Assembly: GCF_006345805.1 (NCBI RefSeq)
Contig: NC_043000.1
Span: 31,372,001-31,436,000, forward strand
DNA: 64,000 bases
Direction: 5' to 3'
Origin: Octopus sinensis
Lineage: Eukaryota
Both the position numbers and the translations under genes were made by a program. The notes under the pieces were generated by a model. The model did not search any database. It was not told the origin of the DNA and saw nothing but the letters and a program-made list of their open reading frames with translations. Below, piece by piece: positions 40,285 to 53,351 of the stretch (position 1 is the stretch's first letter; each line of letters starts with the position of its first letter).

Positions 40285-40295
<11 letters not shown>
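40105..40295. repeat. Imperfect inverted repeat (about 80-bp arms) between (TA)n arrays
   Basis: ttgttgtgtctg...tttccactcat versus atgagtggaaa...cagacacaacaa, with multiple mismatches. Confidence 0.8.
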
Positions 40296-40323
<28 letters not shown>

Positions 40324-40565
40324 GTTAAGGCCACAAATTAGCACAGTTATTGCTAGAGATAGGAGTCAAAACAACTCAATCGCCACAGAAAACACTATCT
40401 TAATACATATATATGTATGTATACATGTATATGTATATATATTATATATATATATATATATCTATATATATATTATATATAGATATATATATATACATAT
40501 ATATAACCTGTACATACATATATACATACATAAGTGCATACATACATATACACTTATACATACAT

Positions 40566-40598
<33 letters not shown>

Positions 40599-41090
40599 CA
40601 CTCACACACACATGTATTTATATATTTAAATATATATAAGTGTGTGTGTAGTACATAGATACATATCTATACTCTCACACCACTGACAATAATGGCAAAT
40701 TGAAAAAATATCACTGCAAGACAAAGGTGTCAATGGCCAACAGACAAGGAAAATGTTTTATACAGTTCTCTTTTATCTTAGAGTTTATAAGAATGATAAG
40801 GAGTGGGTGTTACACAAGAGAATCCACCGACTCAGTCTTCGCTCACGCGATATAGCTTAGTTTTAAACAATTCGGTTCAAAAGTGTTTTCTAAATATTTT
40901 ATGATCCTCAGGAGAGCGAGTGGAGGTGGGATTACAAAGAACACTGAATGAGAGCGGAACAGAAACAACCAGGTATTTCTCTGTTCACATCTCGTTTTAT
41001 CAGCTACAGATGTCCAAAACGTCAATGATCAGAACCTGAGTTCGATTCTTAGAAGTGTCTTACATTCCATTAATGATGTATGTGTGTGTA

Positions 41091-41159
<69 letters not shown>

Positions 41160-41338
41160 ACATGTTTATGTATATTAATATATATGTGTGTGTGTGTGGT
41201 GTGTGTGTGTGTGTGTGTGTTTAAAATGCATTTTGTTGCACAAAATATATTACACACATATATACCTTTAGATTTTAATGTGGCCATCACTAAAAAGCTC
41301 TCCTCTTTTATTAGTTTTAATGGTCATATATATGTATG

Positions 41339-41377
<39 letters not shown>

Positions 41378-41547
41378 ACACTATATATATATATATATAT
41401 ATACTAAATATATATATATATACTGCATATATATATATGTATACGCTATATATATATATATACACACACACTAAATATATATATATATACTGCATATATA
41501 TATATATATTTATACTTATATATATATACACACACACTATATATATA

Positions 41548-41583
<36 letters not shown>

Positions 41584-42259
41584 TTAATAATATAAATACA
41601 TATATATATCTTTCAAAAAATTTTGCTCCACATGATATAACACACACACACACACACTTTAGGTTACCACTTACTAAAAAAAATGTCCTTAAAAACATTA
41701 CATTTCCGTTATTTTATAGTTACGATTTTCCCAGAAAATAGCAATAATTATAATCTGAAGCGATATTATAAACAATTTATCGCGTAACATAAGCAGAAAG
41801 AGAGAGAAAAAGACATTTAGCTCTTTAAAAAGTTTATCTGTTTTAGGGCTTATGGTATAACTCAGCTTCCTCAGTTTCTTTTGTCATTTATTATAGTCAG
41901 GGTGATAAACAGTGTACGGTTGTCACATACATACATACATACATACATACATACATACATACATACATACAATACATACATACATACATACATACATACA
42001 TGCACACTGACATGCCCAAACACGCAGGTAAGCTTAAATACAGAAAATATATACGTACAGAATAGATTTTGATACTGATACCGAAAGAAGTTTATCTGAT
42101 TATTGCCCAAAGCTTATTTGGAAGTTGAGTAATGGTTGCTGTCAAATTTTATATTATCGTATAGTAAGATACAAACGTACATACATACATACATACATAT
42201 ATATATATATGTATATATATACATATATGTGTGTGTGTGTATGTGTATAGATATGTATG

Positions 42260-42290
<31 letters not shown>

Positions 42291-42375
42291 ATATATATTA
42301 TATATAATATATATCTATATATATATATATATATATACATATATGTATTTATATATATATAGATATATATATATT

Positions 42376-43690
42376 ATGTGAAATAGAAAGATGAATAATC
42401 TTGTAGTAGATTAATCAAAAGTTTAACCGATACCTTAGTAGCAAAAATCACAGCAGTAAACAGCACGGTTGGAGGTACAACCATATGGTGTTTGCAACCG
42501 TGCGTTGGTGCGATAATTGAAATTAAAATATTATTGGTGAATTGAAGAAATGGAGTTGAACGCAGATTGAACGAAATCGTTTTATTCATTCTACACGTGT
42601 TTCGAAAGGCACAATTTACCAAAATCCGATTGAATAATGGGACCATATTGTGTCTTTCTCTTCAGGAAGAAAATAGGAAATCCGTTGGAAAAAACAAAAA
42701 CAGACAGAGGCGGAGCAAAAACAAATCGAACTAGGCTCCTAAGAGCCCATGGCGAAACTGTTTATCAGTGTATGTTGAGAACCGGTGGCTGAAGAATTTA
42801 ACGGGTCAGGCATCGGTCAATCATGTGGGTGAGGGTGTGTAGATGTTCTTTGTGACCGAGAATAAAGTTCTGACTATTTAAGGAATATTGGATTTTATAA
42901 GGGGCGAGAAAAAATCTACTTAGAGACGTTGTGTGTGTATACTGTTCTATATATGTGTGTGTTTGGGCGTAGGGGTAGAAAACATTTTTTGTGTACGTGT
43001 GTGCGTTTGATCGTTCGGCTGTCAGTGGCTACTGCAGTGAGAACCGTTGGGGGCAGAAAAAAAAAATATATATTATGTTTTATGTGTGTGTGTGTTCATC
43101 TAAGCCTGCCTTGTCAAGGAAACCCCCCGTTGTGAAAAACCAAGCCCCGTTTATCTTACAGGAGTAATTCCCCTTGCAGTGGTTAATCGTAGATATCTTA
43201 AAGGCTATTTCAGAATTTGTTACCAAGGGCTATGGGTGCCGGTATTATTTATAAACGCTATTTAAAAGCCAGATAAGTGTAACGCCGCCATGGGGGCATC
43301 GAAAAGCCGACTGTAAAAGCCCGTTTACCATCCGGCCTCTGGCAAACAAAATATGGAAGAGTTCGGAGACCAAAGGTTGCACTGCCTTCTGCCCCTATCA
43401 AATGGGAGGGCCACCGACAAAATTGACCATTCCAGCCTGTAGCTTAAGTTCGTATCCTTCAGTCGCCATATTAGCTTACTGAGTCCCGTGGTCTGGCGCT
43501 TGTTCATGTCCCGAAAAGTTGCGTAATGGTTGGAGACTCGCAAAGACAATCTTGAGGATGAGGCCCCTACATAAGTGAAGACATCTGAGTCCGTGTAAAC
43601 CTTGCATTGGTAGACGGCGTTTTTGATCTTGGAGTTCGCCGACGTGAATCTTATTCTGCTAGGATTAGTTTCTGAAATTAGAACTGCGTT
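42376..43690 (-). mobile_element. Penelope-like element 3' portion: GIY-YIG endonuclease, long 3' UTR and hammerhead
   Basis: NAVYQCKVYTDSDVFTYVGASSSRLSLRVSNHYATFR...TGLSKLIWRLKD...EWSIL...RRQCNL, then after a frameshift SELFHILF...FRCPH. (TA)n on both sides. Confidence 0.88.
42580..42673 (-). ncRNA. Type I hammerhead ribozyme motif, canonical core
   Basis: CTGAAGA (plus strand 42659-42665); 12-bp stem II with 1 mismatch and a 31-nt loop; GAAA; ac-acgt-gt stem III; GTA cleavage between 42592 and 42591; stem I ttc/gaa. Confidence 0.8.
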
Positions 43691-43737
43691 CCTGTCACTA
43701 TATTCGTTCCTGTCACTATATATATATATATATATAT

Positions 43738-43915
43738 AGTGAGAGTTTACGAAAAAAATAGACGAAGACAGGTGGTGTACAAAAGAAACAGATGTATTAA
43801 TATAATGCTCAGGAACAGAAAAAGTCTTTTACGTTTCGAGCCTACGCTCTTCTACAGAAAGGGACACAGAAAAAAAACAAAGGGAGAAACAAGGAGAGAA
43901 AAAAGGAGAGAAAAA
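43738..43915 (-). mobile_element. CUGUNGA-family fragment; hammerhead motif at 43826-43861 (CUGUAGA)
   Basis: Minus strand cttt-CTGTAGA-a-gagc(gtag)gctc-GAAA-cg-TA-aaag. Confidence 0.75.
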
Positions 43916-44005
43916 AACATATATAAATGTATATATATACACATGCACATGTATATATGTATGTATATATATATATATACATGCACACACGCATACCTAC
44001 ATACA

Positions 44006-44051
<46 letters not shown>

Positions 44052-44585
44052 CATAGAGTTGTGCACTTTCCGATTTGAAACCCCAATAAGTTATGTGTGT
44101 ATGTAAATGTATGACCGTGTGAGTATGTATATATTATGTCTGTGTATGTGTGCACGCACGTGGCTGTGTGAGTTTGTGTGTGTGTGTGTGTGTGTTTCTG
44201 ATTTGGACATCTTTGTAAAGAAATTTGTCCTGATATTGCACGCGTACGGATCAAAATATGTGTAACATGGTAGAGTCGTTTTAACTATTACAAGACACGC
44301 ACTGTATTATTCATTTCCACATACGTATTATGAATATTATGAATATAGTTTTAGATATCAACGGCATCGTGTATCCCACAATCTTTTCAATAATTCTACA
44401 TTTCTTATTCTCCAAAGGAACAATCCCCTACTCACGACTTAGGGTGCCTCATCACATTCTTACGAATCACTCAAATAGAAAAAGATATTGTGGGTCAGAG
44501 AAATTGCCGAGAGGATTGCGGACAAATTTGACTGCCTGTCACTCAATCACTTGACAATAAACCTCATCATCCATCCAAAAGTTTT

Positions 44586-44747
44586 CCTCCTCCTCCTCCA
44601 CCTCCACTTCCTCCTCCTCCTCCTCCTCCTCCTCTTCTTCTTCTTCTTCTTCTTCTTCTTCTTCCTCTTTCCCCATCCTCCTCCTCCTCCTTCTTCTTCT
44701 TCTTCTTCTTCTTCTTCTTCTCACTATTATTATTGTTATTATTATTA

Positions 44748-44805
<58 letters not shown>

Positions 44806-44968
44806 CATTATTGCTGTTATCATCTTAATCATCATCATTTATTGTTATTATTACTATATATATTTTCATTATCATTAGTGTTATTATTATCTACAGAGGA
44901 CAAAACTCATCATCATCATCATCGTCATCATTGTCGTAATAACTACTACTACTACTACTACTACTACT
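44586..44968. repeat. Compound triplet microsatellite (TCC/TCT/TTA/TCA/CTA)
   Basis: Directly visible. Confidence 0.95.
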
Positions 44969-45141
44969 TGTAAATAAAGTCCACATTATTAAAGCTAATG
45001 TTTGGCAGTCGTTATAGATTGATATCTTTATAGCGTTTTTGTTTGCTAATACACAGCTTTATCTGCAGAGAAATGGTATTTTTTCTCAAGAAGTTACAAA
45101 CCCTTTGTTTTATATCGAACTCTCTCTCTCTCTTTGTGTAT

Positions 45142-45172
<31 letters not shown>

Positions 45173-45988
45173 ATTTGTGCGTGATATAGAGTACTCAATA
45201 CTAACTTAGTCCATTGATTGGAAGCTTAAAACTTCACAAATTGCAGAAACAAATTGCCACTTTATTCAATGTTTGGACAACGTTGAAAACCTAGGCAATC
45301 GAACACCATACTCTTAAAGACCACAAGTTACACTTCTTCAACCTCACGAAAAGTGCAGACTGGGATTTAATATTAGTAAAAAAGCAAATTCTAGAAATCG
45401 TTATACCTAGTGGAAAATCTGTGCTATCTCTCCCATTATCAAATAGCAATAAGCAAGAATTAGAACGGTGTTATGGAAACCATAAGAAACGAAAACTGTT
45501 TTCTGAGTTTGACAACGTTGGACAACGTTGACTTTTATCCTTTTGTCACTTAGCCTCTTCTACTCAAAGTTGTACCTTCCGTCATTTCTATTGCATTAAT
45601 AAACAAATCTAGCGTCAGTATAAATATGTGTGCTAGGAAATCCCTATTCTGTTTTGGTAATTCCATTTAGAAAATAAAATATCGGAGACGAATTATTGAC
45701 TGTCAATATTGAAACATCAGATGGAACACAACAGTGAAAGATCATATTGGACCTTTCGCAGAGAACATTTTCTACCGAAAGCGGATTTTCCAAAGACACT
45801 GGCTTCTAAATCTCATGTGATACGAGTGAAGATGAAGTAGATTCTAGAAAAAACTTCGGATTTATTTATTACAGCGGTGATTTTTTAGGAATTACTTTAA
45901 AGCTTGATACAAATTTAGTTTTCTCATACCATAAGCCCGAAGAAAAATTATTTTATAGAAACAAATATCAAACGCAGACACAACACAC

Positions 45989-46025
<37 letters not shown>

Positions 46026-46187
46026 AATAAGAAAATGGAGGAACAAATTCCTTTCAATCATCAACTTACAGATATTACCAATTCATATTATTTATTAACT
46101 ACATAAATAGGAACATCCAAATCCAACAAAACAATATACATTAATATGTAAGATAATAATACTATAAGAATAATACACATAAAATGG

Positions 46188-46315
46188 ATCTTACAGCTAT
46201 TTCAGCCTGTAGATAAAGGTATCTAATTCTGCTAGTATTAGTCAGATGTATTGAGGTAAGATGCAGTTAAAAATGAGTTACTTATATATATATATCTCAA
46301 GGCCTCGTCAGAGAT
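46188..46315 (-). ncRNA. Type I hammerhead motif with 91-nt loop II
   Basis: atct-CTGACGA-ggcct...aggct-GAAA-t-agct-g-TA-agat. Confidence 0.6.
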
Positions 46316-46381
46316 TATAAAGTACATATTATAAAAATGCAAATATAAATATGAAACAAAATACACATACACAAGGATATA

Positions 46382-46493
<112 letters not shown>

Positions 46494-46557
46494 AGTGTAT
46501 ATATACACCTATACACCTATATACACCTATATATATACCTGTACATCATCTCCAAAC

Positions 46558-46584
<27 letters not shown>

Positions 46585-46588
<4 letters not shown>

Positions 46589-47390
46589 GGGGAGAATTCA
46601 CAAAAAAAACCCAAAAGACGAAGACAGGTGGTGTAGACAACAAACAGATGTATTAGTCTAACGCTCGGGAAGTGAAAAAGTCGTTAACGTTTCCAGCCTT
46701 CGCTCTTCCACAGAAAGGAACACAGAAAGAAACAAGGAGAAAAAATAAACAATGTGTAGTGGCTAGCGATTTATCATGGTGAAGGCCGGACAGAGGGGTC
46801 ACAATGAGCTAAGAAGAAGAGATAATAAAGTAGTGGTGATCCCAAAACGAAGGTGCGCGTTCCTGTGTATAAGAGAGTGAGTATGTGCGTGTGGAAGAGG
46901 GCTGGTGACCTTGGCGTGTGCGTGTGTGTATGTGGATGTGGGGCTGAGAAGTAGTCAGTGCTAGTGTGTGCATAGTGGTGTGATGTGATGTGGTATTGTG
47001 TGGCATGGTGATGAATGGTGTAGTAGTGTGTGGTGAGGTGTGATGGTGTTGGGATGTGGGGGAGGCGAGAGTGGGGAAAGCAAGGGTGGGGTGTGTGGGA
47101 ATGGGTGTAAGGGATGGGGTGGGTGGGATAGCGAAGGTGGGGTTGGATTGTGTAGGGGTGGGTGGGTTTACGAGTGAGGATGACGATGAAGGGGGAAGGG
47201 AGAAGGTGGGTAGGAGTGAAGGGAACCGTAACACTAGAATCTTAACACTATAAAAACATCGTTGACAAAAAAGGAGATAAGCTTGACGACCGGGGATTCA
47301 TGGTTTTGAAATAATTGATACGTACCGAACGCCATAACCACGTGTTTACTACATACCAGACGTGGTGATCACGTGTTTAATCGATATAAA
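46585..47390 (-). mobile_element. Longest CUGUNGA-family copy (degenerate hammerhead at 46682-46717, CUGUGGA) with low-complexity upstream region
   Basis: Its 3' part aligns to the other copies. It continues through a C/A-rich tract on the minus strand. Confidence 0.65.
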
Positions 47391-47407
47391 GTGTGTTTGT
47401 GTAAAGC

Positions 47408-47795
47408 GTGGAGGCGCAATGGCCCAGTGGTTAGGGCAGCGGACTCGCGGTCGTAGGATCGCGGTTTCGATTCCCAGACCGGGCATTGCGAGTGTTTATT
47501 GAGCGAAAACACCTAAAGCTCCACGCGGCTCCGTCAGGGGATGGTGGTGATCCCTGCTGTACTCTTTCACCACAACTTTCTCTCACTCTTACTTCCTATT
47601 TCTGTTGTACCTGTATTTCAAAGAGCCGGCCTTGTCACTCTCTGTGTCACGCTGAATATCCCCGAGAACTACGTTAAGGGTACACGTGTCTGTGGAGTGC
47701 TCAGCCACTTACACGTTAATTTCACGAGCAGGCTGTTCCGTTGATCGGATCAACCGGAACCGTCGTCGTCGTAACCGACGGAGTGCTTCCATCCA
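47408..47795 (+). mobile_element. SINE family B, full length with 11-bp TSD
   Basis: TSD ttgtgtaaagc at 47397-47407 and 47796-47806; A and B boxes present. Confidence 0.92.
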
Positions 47796-48224
47796 TTGTG
47801 TAAAGCACGGTAGAAAGTTTGGTAAGCTGAAATGAGGATCGAAACGATTCTTTCTACTTTCTTCAGCTTCTGCCTTTCAAATTAGCGTAGAACTACTGTT
47901 GAAGAATGTCAATTGAAGAATAGCAATAATATTAGCAGAACTGATTGCATAACTCATTTATTTAATGGTCTAAGGTTGACGAACGACATTAATTACCAGA
48001 ACATCAATAGAGGGAGGGTTGTGAAAATTTATGCATATCAAGAATCTATGGCCATATTTATTCATAATCTACGCTAATGAGGTACCACACTATAGACGTA
48101 CCCTGGTTATTCTTAAACTACACTATAGGAGTACTTTGGTTACTAATTGTTGAATGTTGTATCAACTAAATAAAATTTTACAACTGATAATCAAAAATAT
48201 TTTTTACCGATTGGCGCGGGCGCA

Positions 48225-48376
48225 GTTCAATGTGTTAAGAAGCTTGCTTCACAATCACAAGATTCCGAGTTCAGTCCCACTGCTTCGCACTTTGAGTCTC
48301 ATGTTATAGCCTGGAGCCGACCAAAGAGTTGTGAGTGGATTTGGTTGAAGGAGACTGAAAGACGCCCGTCGCATGT

Positions 48377-48428
<52 letters not shown>

Positions 48429-48650
48429 ATGTGTGTGTGTGTGTGTATGTTTGTTCCCATAAAAGCTTGACAACCGACGTTAGTGCGTTTAAGTACCCGT
48501 AACTTGGCGGTTCGGCAAAATAGGCTGATAGAAATAGCACCAGGCTTTAAGGAAAAAGACGTACTGAGGTCGATTCATTCAATTAAGAACTTCTAAGATG
48601 GTGCCCCAGCATGGTCGCAGCCTAATGTCTGAAACATGTAAGAGATAAAA
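48225..48650 (+). mobile_element. SINE family A copy (diverged)
   Basis: Homologous to 30041-30441. Confidence 0.75.
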
Positions 48651-49589
48651 AAAAGAAAGATGAATTTTATGTATTTTCGTTGATGAACGCTTGAAACACC
48701 ACATCTAGTTTCGTTTACAGTTGAAATGTGTCTCCTTAATTTACAAAATTAAAAATTATTTCCGTTAGTTAAAACTGAAGCCTCGATAGATTTCAAGTCC
48801 TTCAACACTGATCTATAGTAGAAACAACTGTTTGCAGATAGAGAGGTTTAATCAACAGTTGTTGTTGATTAGCTGTCTAGTCTGGAGGAAAATATGATTA
48901 AGAGAGAAAAACGAAACATAGTTCCAGATGGATTTCCAAAATGATGAAAATAAAAATGTTAAGAACGAGATGAGAGAGATGATACAGTAGAAGGAACACA
49001 GAGAGGGAAAGAAACTACATATTTTTGAACTGTAATTAATCTGCCATTTGTCTGTTACGTTGATCTGCTATCATCGAGACACCATCTCCTGGCGAATTAT
49101 ATGTTTTCATGTAAAACAGTTTTCGCAGTTTTTGATTAATGTCTCTCTCACTCTGAACGTTTTACCGCGAGCAATGTTATGTTGTGTGAAACAACATGGC
49201 TGCTTTCACTGCTAAATTGACTGCGTTAAATCGACTCTTGTATCTTCCTTGTAAATATCCCCGCTGTCAGATATCGCGTCAATAATTTTCTTTCTCGTGA
49301 TCAGAGGTAACCATCGATCTGTTATCAGTCATCTTGACCTTCAGATGAAATCGTTAAAACTTTGCCCTCCTTCTCACCATATTTCACAGTGTCAGTTGAA
49401 CACAACGCAGTATATCAATGAATCATATATCCAGCTTACAAAAGTATCACTGTAATGCTAGGTGGACCAGGTCGTTATCCTCTATGTAATGTGATCATTT
49501 AATAATCTATTTTGCTGAAATCGGAACTGGGGAGATTTTCACGCAAAAACATGAGACACAAAATAAAAAATAAAAGCGTCAAATTCATA

Positions 49590-49821
49590 TATTTCTTTAC
49601 TACCTACAAGGGGCTAAACATAGAGGGGACAAACAAGGACAGACAAAGGGATTAAGTCGATTACATCGACTCCCAGTGCTAAACTGGTACTTTATTTATC
49701 GACCCCGAAAGGATCAAAGGCAAAGTCGACCTCGGCGGAATTTGAACTCAGAACGTAACGACAGACGAAATACCGCTAAGCATTTCATCCGGCGCGCTAA
49801 CGATTCTGCCAGCTAGCCGCC
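49590..49821 (-). mobile_element. SINE family E
   Basis: Reverse complement of 37438-37664 and 59829-60063. Confidence 0.88.
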
Positions 49822-50391
49822 TTGTCTAAGGTTTGCACCGATCTCATTGCCATAGTGAATCCAACATCTCTATTTCTCTCTCTCACACACACATGCATAC
49901 AAACGTATCTGTGTGGCTTCAGCACTTACCGCTTGCCTATAGTGTGTTACAAAGGTGACAACAAAGCACGTCTCAACGTCGCTTCCAACGTTCTTTACAG
50001 GGACTTGTACAAGGTGAGAGCAGAGTAAAACATTCGTTACTGACATACTGCCGTTGTGTCGTTATTTTTCTCCAGTCACTCAACAATATCCAACGTTTCG
50101 CCTTGGTTGGTGACACTAGCAAAAGAATTACTGGGCGCTCTCCGTTCTTGCTGATCATGATGCTCCAGTGTATGTAAACACGAATTGAAAAATATAATAT
50201 GCGCAAAAAAAAAAATGATATTTAAGACTACTACATTAGGATAGACGTACAAACTTTTCGAATTTCCTAGTTTATAAATTAATGCTCAGAAAATGAGAAC
50301 TGTCATCAGTAATACCAGATATCTTTCCAAATTCCGAGAAGTGAGACGAAAACACTTCCGGTGAGTCCAAAACACTAATAATAATGATAAA

Positions 50392-50394
<3 letters not shown>

Positions 50395-50440
<46 letters not shown>

Positions 50441-50544
50441 CAAAAATAATAATAATAATAATAATAATATGAAAGATTTCAGACAAAAATCATGCCTCCC
50501 AAATACAAAGCAAAAATTAGACATATAACAACAACAACAACAAC

Positions 50545-50575
<31 letters not shown>

Positions 50576-50609
50576 TAATAATAATAATATAATAATAATA
50601 ATAATAAAA

Positions 50610-50641
<32 letters not shown>

Positions 50642-50661
50642 TGATGATGATGATGATGATG

Positions 50662-50719
<58 letters not shown>
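50395..50719. repeat. Compound (GAT)/(AAT)/(AAC) microsatellite
   Basis: Directly visible. Confidence 0.95.
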
Positions 50720-50720
<1 letters not shown>

Positions 50721-51170
50721 CAGATGGAAAAATTGAAGCAGTTAAAATGTAGGCGATTGCATCACTTCGGTATGCAGCGGGAATTATAAAATGGCAAGAG
50801 AGAGAAATGAAGAAAATGGATACCAAGACCAGAAAAATGTTGACAATACACGGAGACTTCCACCCTTAGAGTGATTCTGATAGGCTGTACTTGTCCCGAA
50901 GAAAGGGTGGGAGAGGTTTGATCAGTTGCCAGGACTGTTTTGAAGCAGAGGAAAACAGCTTAGGGTGGCGTATAAAAAATGGCATGGAGCCATTGTTGAA
51001 ACATACGAAGACGGCTGGCATCATCAAAACTGAAAATAGTGTGACTAAAGAAAAATTTAAAGAAGAAATAAAAACATTAAAGGAAAAAAGTATGGAAGAA
51101 AATGTACGGTGAGCTTGCAAGAAATGTGAACGCAAAGACAGATACAAAAGACCGGTGGTTATGGATGAAT
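50720..51170 (+). mobile_element. R4/Dong-like LINE fragment (post-RT region)
   Basis: SLRYAAGIIKW...MDTKTRKML..HG.FHP*SDSDRLYLSRRKGGRGL...MYGE..R...W.WM. Begins directly after (AAT)n. Confidence 0.85.
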
Positions 51171-51416
51171 GTCCAATTTACTCTTGGTTGGAATTTCTGG
51201 TAAGACTTGGAACAAGTCGTTTAAAACAAAGCAACAGCAATAACATAAAAATGATGATGATGATGATGATGATAATGATGATGATGATGAGGATGATGAT
51301 GATGATGATGGGTATGATGATAATGATGATGATAGTCGTAGTGGGGGTGGAAGTGAATGTATAGTGCATATAGTCATGGTGATGTTGTTCTAGTTATTGT
51401 TGGTGATGGTAATGAC

Positions 51417-51451
<35 letters not shown>

Positions 51452-52453
51452 GGAGGAGGAGGAGGATATGAAAATGAAAAGAGAATTAGTTGCAGCTATT
51501 TGAAGAGATGAGGCAACCTAGGAAGCTTTGTCTCTCTCCAGAAAACACGTTCGTTTTTTTCCAAACCACTTTATAATTGCAACAACAATTACTCGGTTAG
51601 TGTCGTGTGGTATTGTAGCAACGAGCAAAATACTTAGTGTCAATCCGTCTAACCACTCTGTAATGTGTTCTTCGAATCGTAAAGATAAATAGAATTATAT
51701 CGATTTATTGATCGGCTAAATATCCGAAATATCTTGTCTATAAATATGTTGTAGCTAACTCGATTGCGGTTTGGAAATGTTTTCCTCTTTAAGACCTGAA
51801 TACGATAAACACGCATTAAGTTTAGATGATAAAAGAATTTTCTAGACCTCACTGAGTATAGAGTATATACGATTTTTTCTTATTTTTTTCTCGTAAATTT
51901 TATTTGGGGGAAGAGTATTTTCTTAGTAGTAAACATTGTTGAACAATTTAGATTAATTTCCTTGAAGTCAAGGGAAGATTTTAATTCTCTTGCACAAACA
52001 GTACAACGATGCTTGACCCGTTGGGGTAGCGACACATTGCCAGTTCACATCCAGTCACTCACATGCTATTGTTGAACCTTTAACGGATGATATCATCTAT
52101 TTCAAAAAAGACACTTAACCAAGGTGTACTTCACGACAGAAAACGGTGAGATCATATTTGTTAGGTCGCTGTGCCAGTGAGTTAAAACATTCGGACGGTC
52201 TTGATGAGAATGAAACAGCACTTCTGTGTGTCATTCATCCAATAAATCTATGAAGGTCGTGTCTTCAGTGGTTTGAATAGAAGTACAATGGTGTGCACAC
52301 GTGCTATTATGGTTGTGTGACTTCTACTGACAACCTTGTATCAATCATTCATTACGGAGTCACGTCAAGCCAAATGGAGCAAATAGAAGAAAATTGTCTC
52401 GTCACTGGTCATGCTAGAGCAAGAAGGAACTAAGCGTCATGTATTTGATTCAG

Positions 52454-52496
<43 letters not shown>

Positions 52497-52538
52497 TATA
52501 TATACATATACACACACACACACATATATATATATATA

Positions 52539-52580
<42 letters not shown>

Positions 52581-52597
52581 CACACACACACACATAT

Positions 52598-52632
<35 letters not shown>

Positions 52633-52855
52633 TTCCGGTCATTCAAAATGTGACCGCGTGTGTACCGTTGGCGATTTTTTCCTCTGTCTCCACTTCTCTG
52701 GATCTTTCCTTCTCCTATGTTTCCGACGAAGAGCTCCGCTCGAAACGTTAAACCCTCCTTCTTTCCTTCTTTCCTGAGCGTCCAATAATACTATATTTGT
52801 TCCACGTCCTCGCGTTGTTGTGTTTTTTTTTGTGCTTTCTTGTTTGGATTAACTA
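52633..52855 (+). mobile_element. PLE-like terminal fragment in (TA)n with hammerhead variant at 52719-52753 (CCGACGA)
   Basis: gttt-CCGACGA-a-gagc(tcc)gctc-GAAA-cg-TT-aaac. The downstream ttcctgagcgt is shared with the CUGUNGA family. Confidence 0.7.
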
Positions 52856-53084
52856 TATATATATATATATATATATACATGCATCCCACGTATGTGCAGA
52901 CAAAGGTGGGGAAGAATAGTATTCAGTGAGATTTCGACTTGGAAGTGGAATGTATTTATTTCAATGATCCATAGAAATATTGATGCTTAATGTTATATAA
53001 TGATATAACACACACACACACACACATAGGCACACACACGCACACACACACACACACACATATATGATGCATATATATATATAA

Positions 53085-53290
53085 TCATTCGCTATGATTG
53101 ATCGGTAGCCACTAAATCTTTTTTTTATTTTCTCTCCCTGTTTATTTCTGTGTTCCTTTCTGTTAAAGAGCGTAGGCTCGAAACATTAAAGACTTTCTCA
53201 TTTCCCGAACGTTAAACTGATAAGTTGTTTGTTGTTTACACACCCGTCTTCGTCTTTTGTTTTGTTTTGTTTTCGTAAACTCCAGCTATA
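53085..53290 (+). mobile_element. CUGUNGA-family fragment; degenerate hammerhead at 53156-53191 (CUGUUAA)
   Basis: Aligns with 35310-35505. Confidence 0.75.
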
Positions 53291-53310
53291 TGTATATGTG
53301 TGTGTGTGTG

Positions 53311-53351
<41 letters not shown>

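Noticed and set aside
47826-47850. ctgaaatgaggatcgaaac as a hammerhead
   Set aside because: The core spacing is wrong and no stem II can form.
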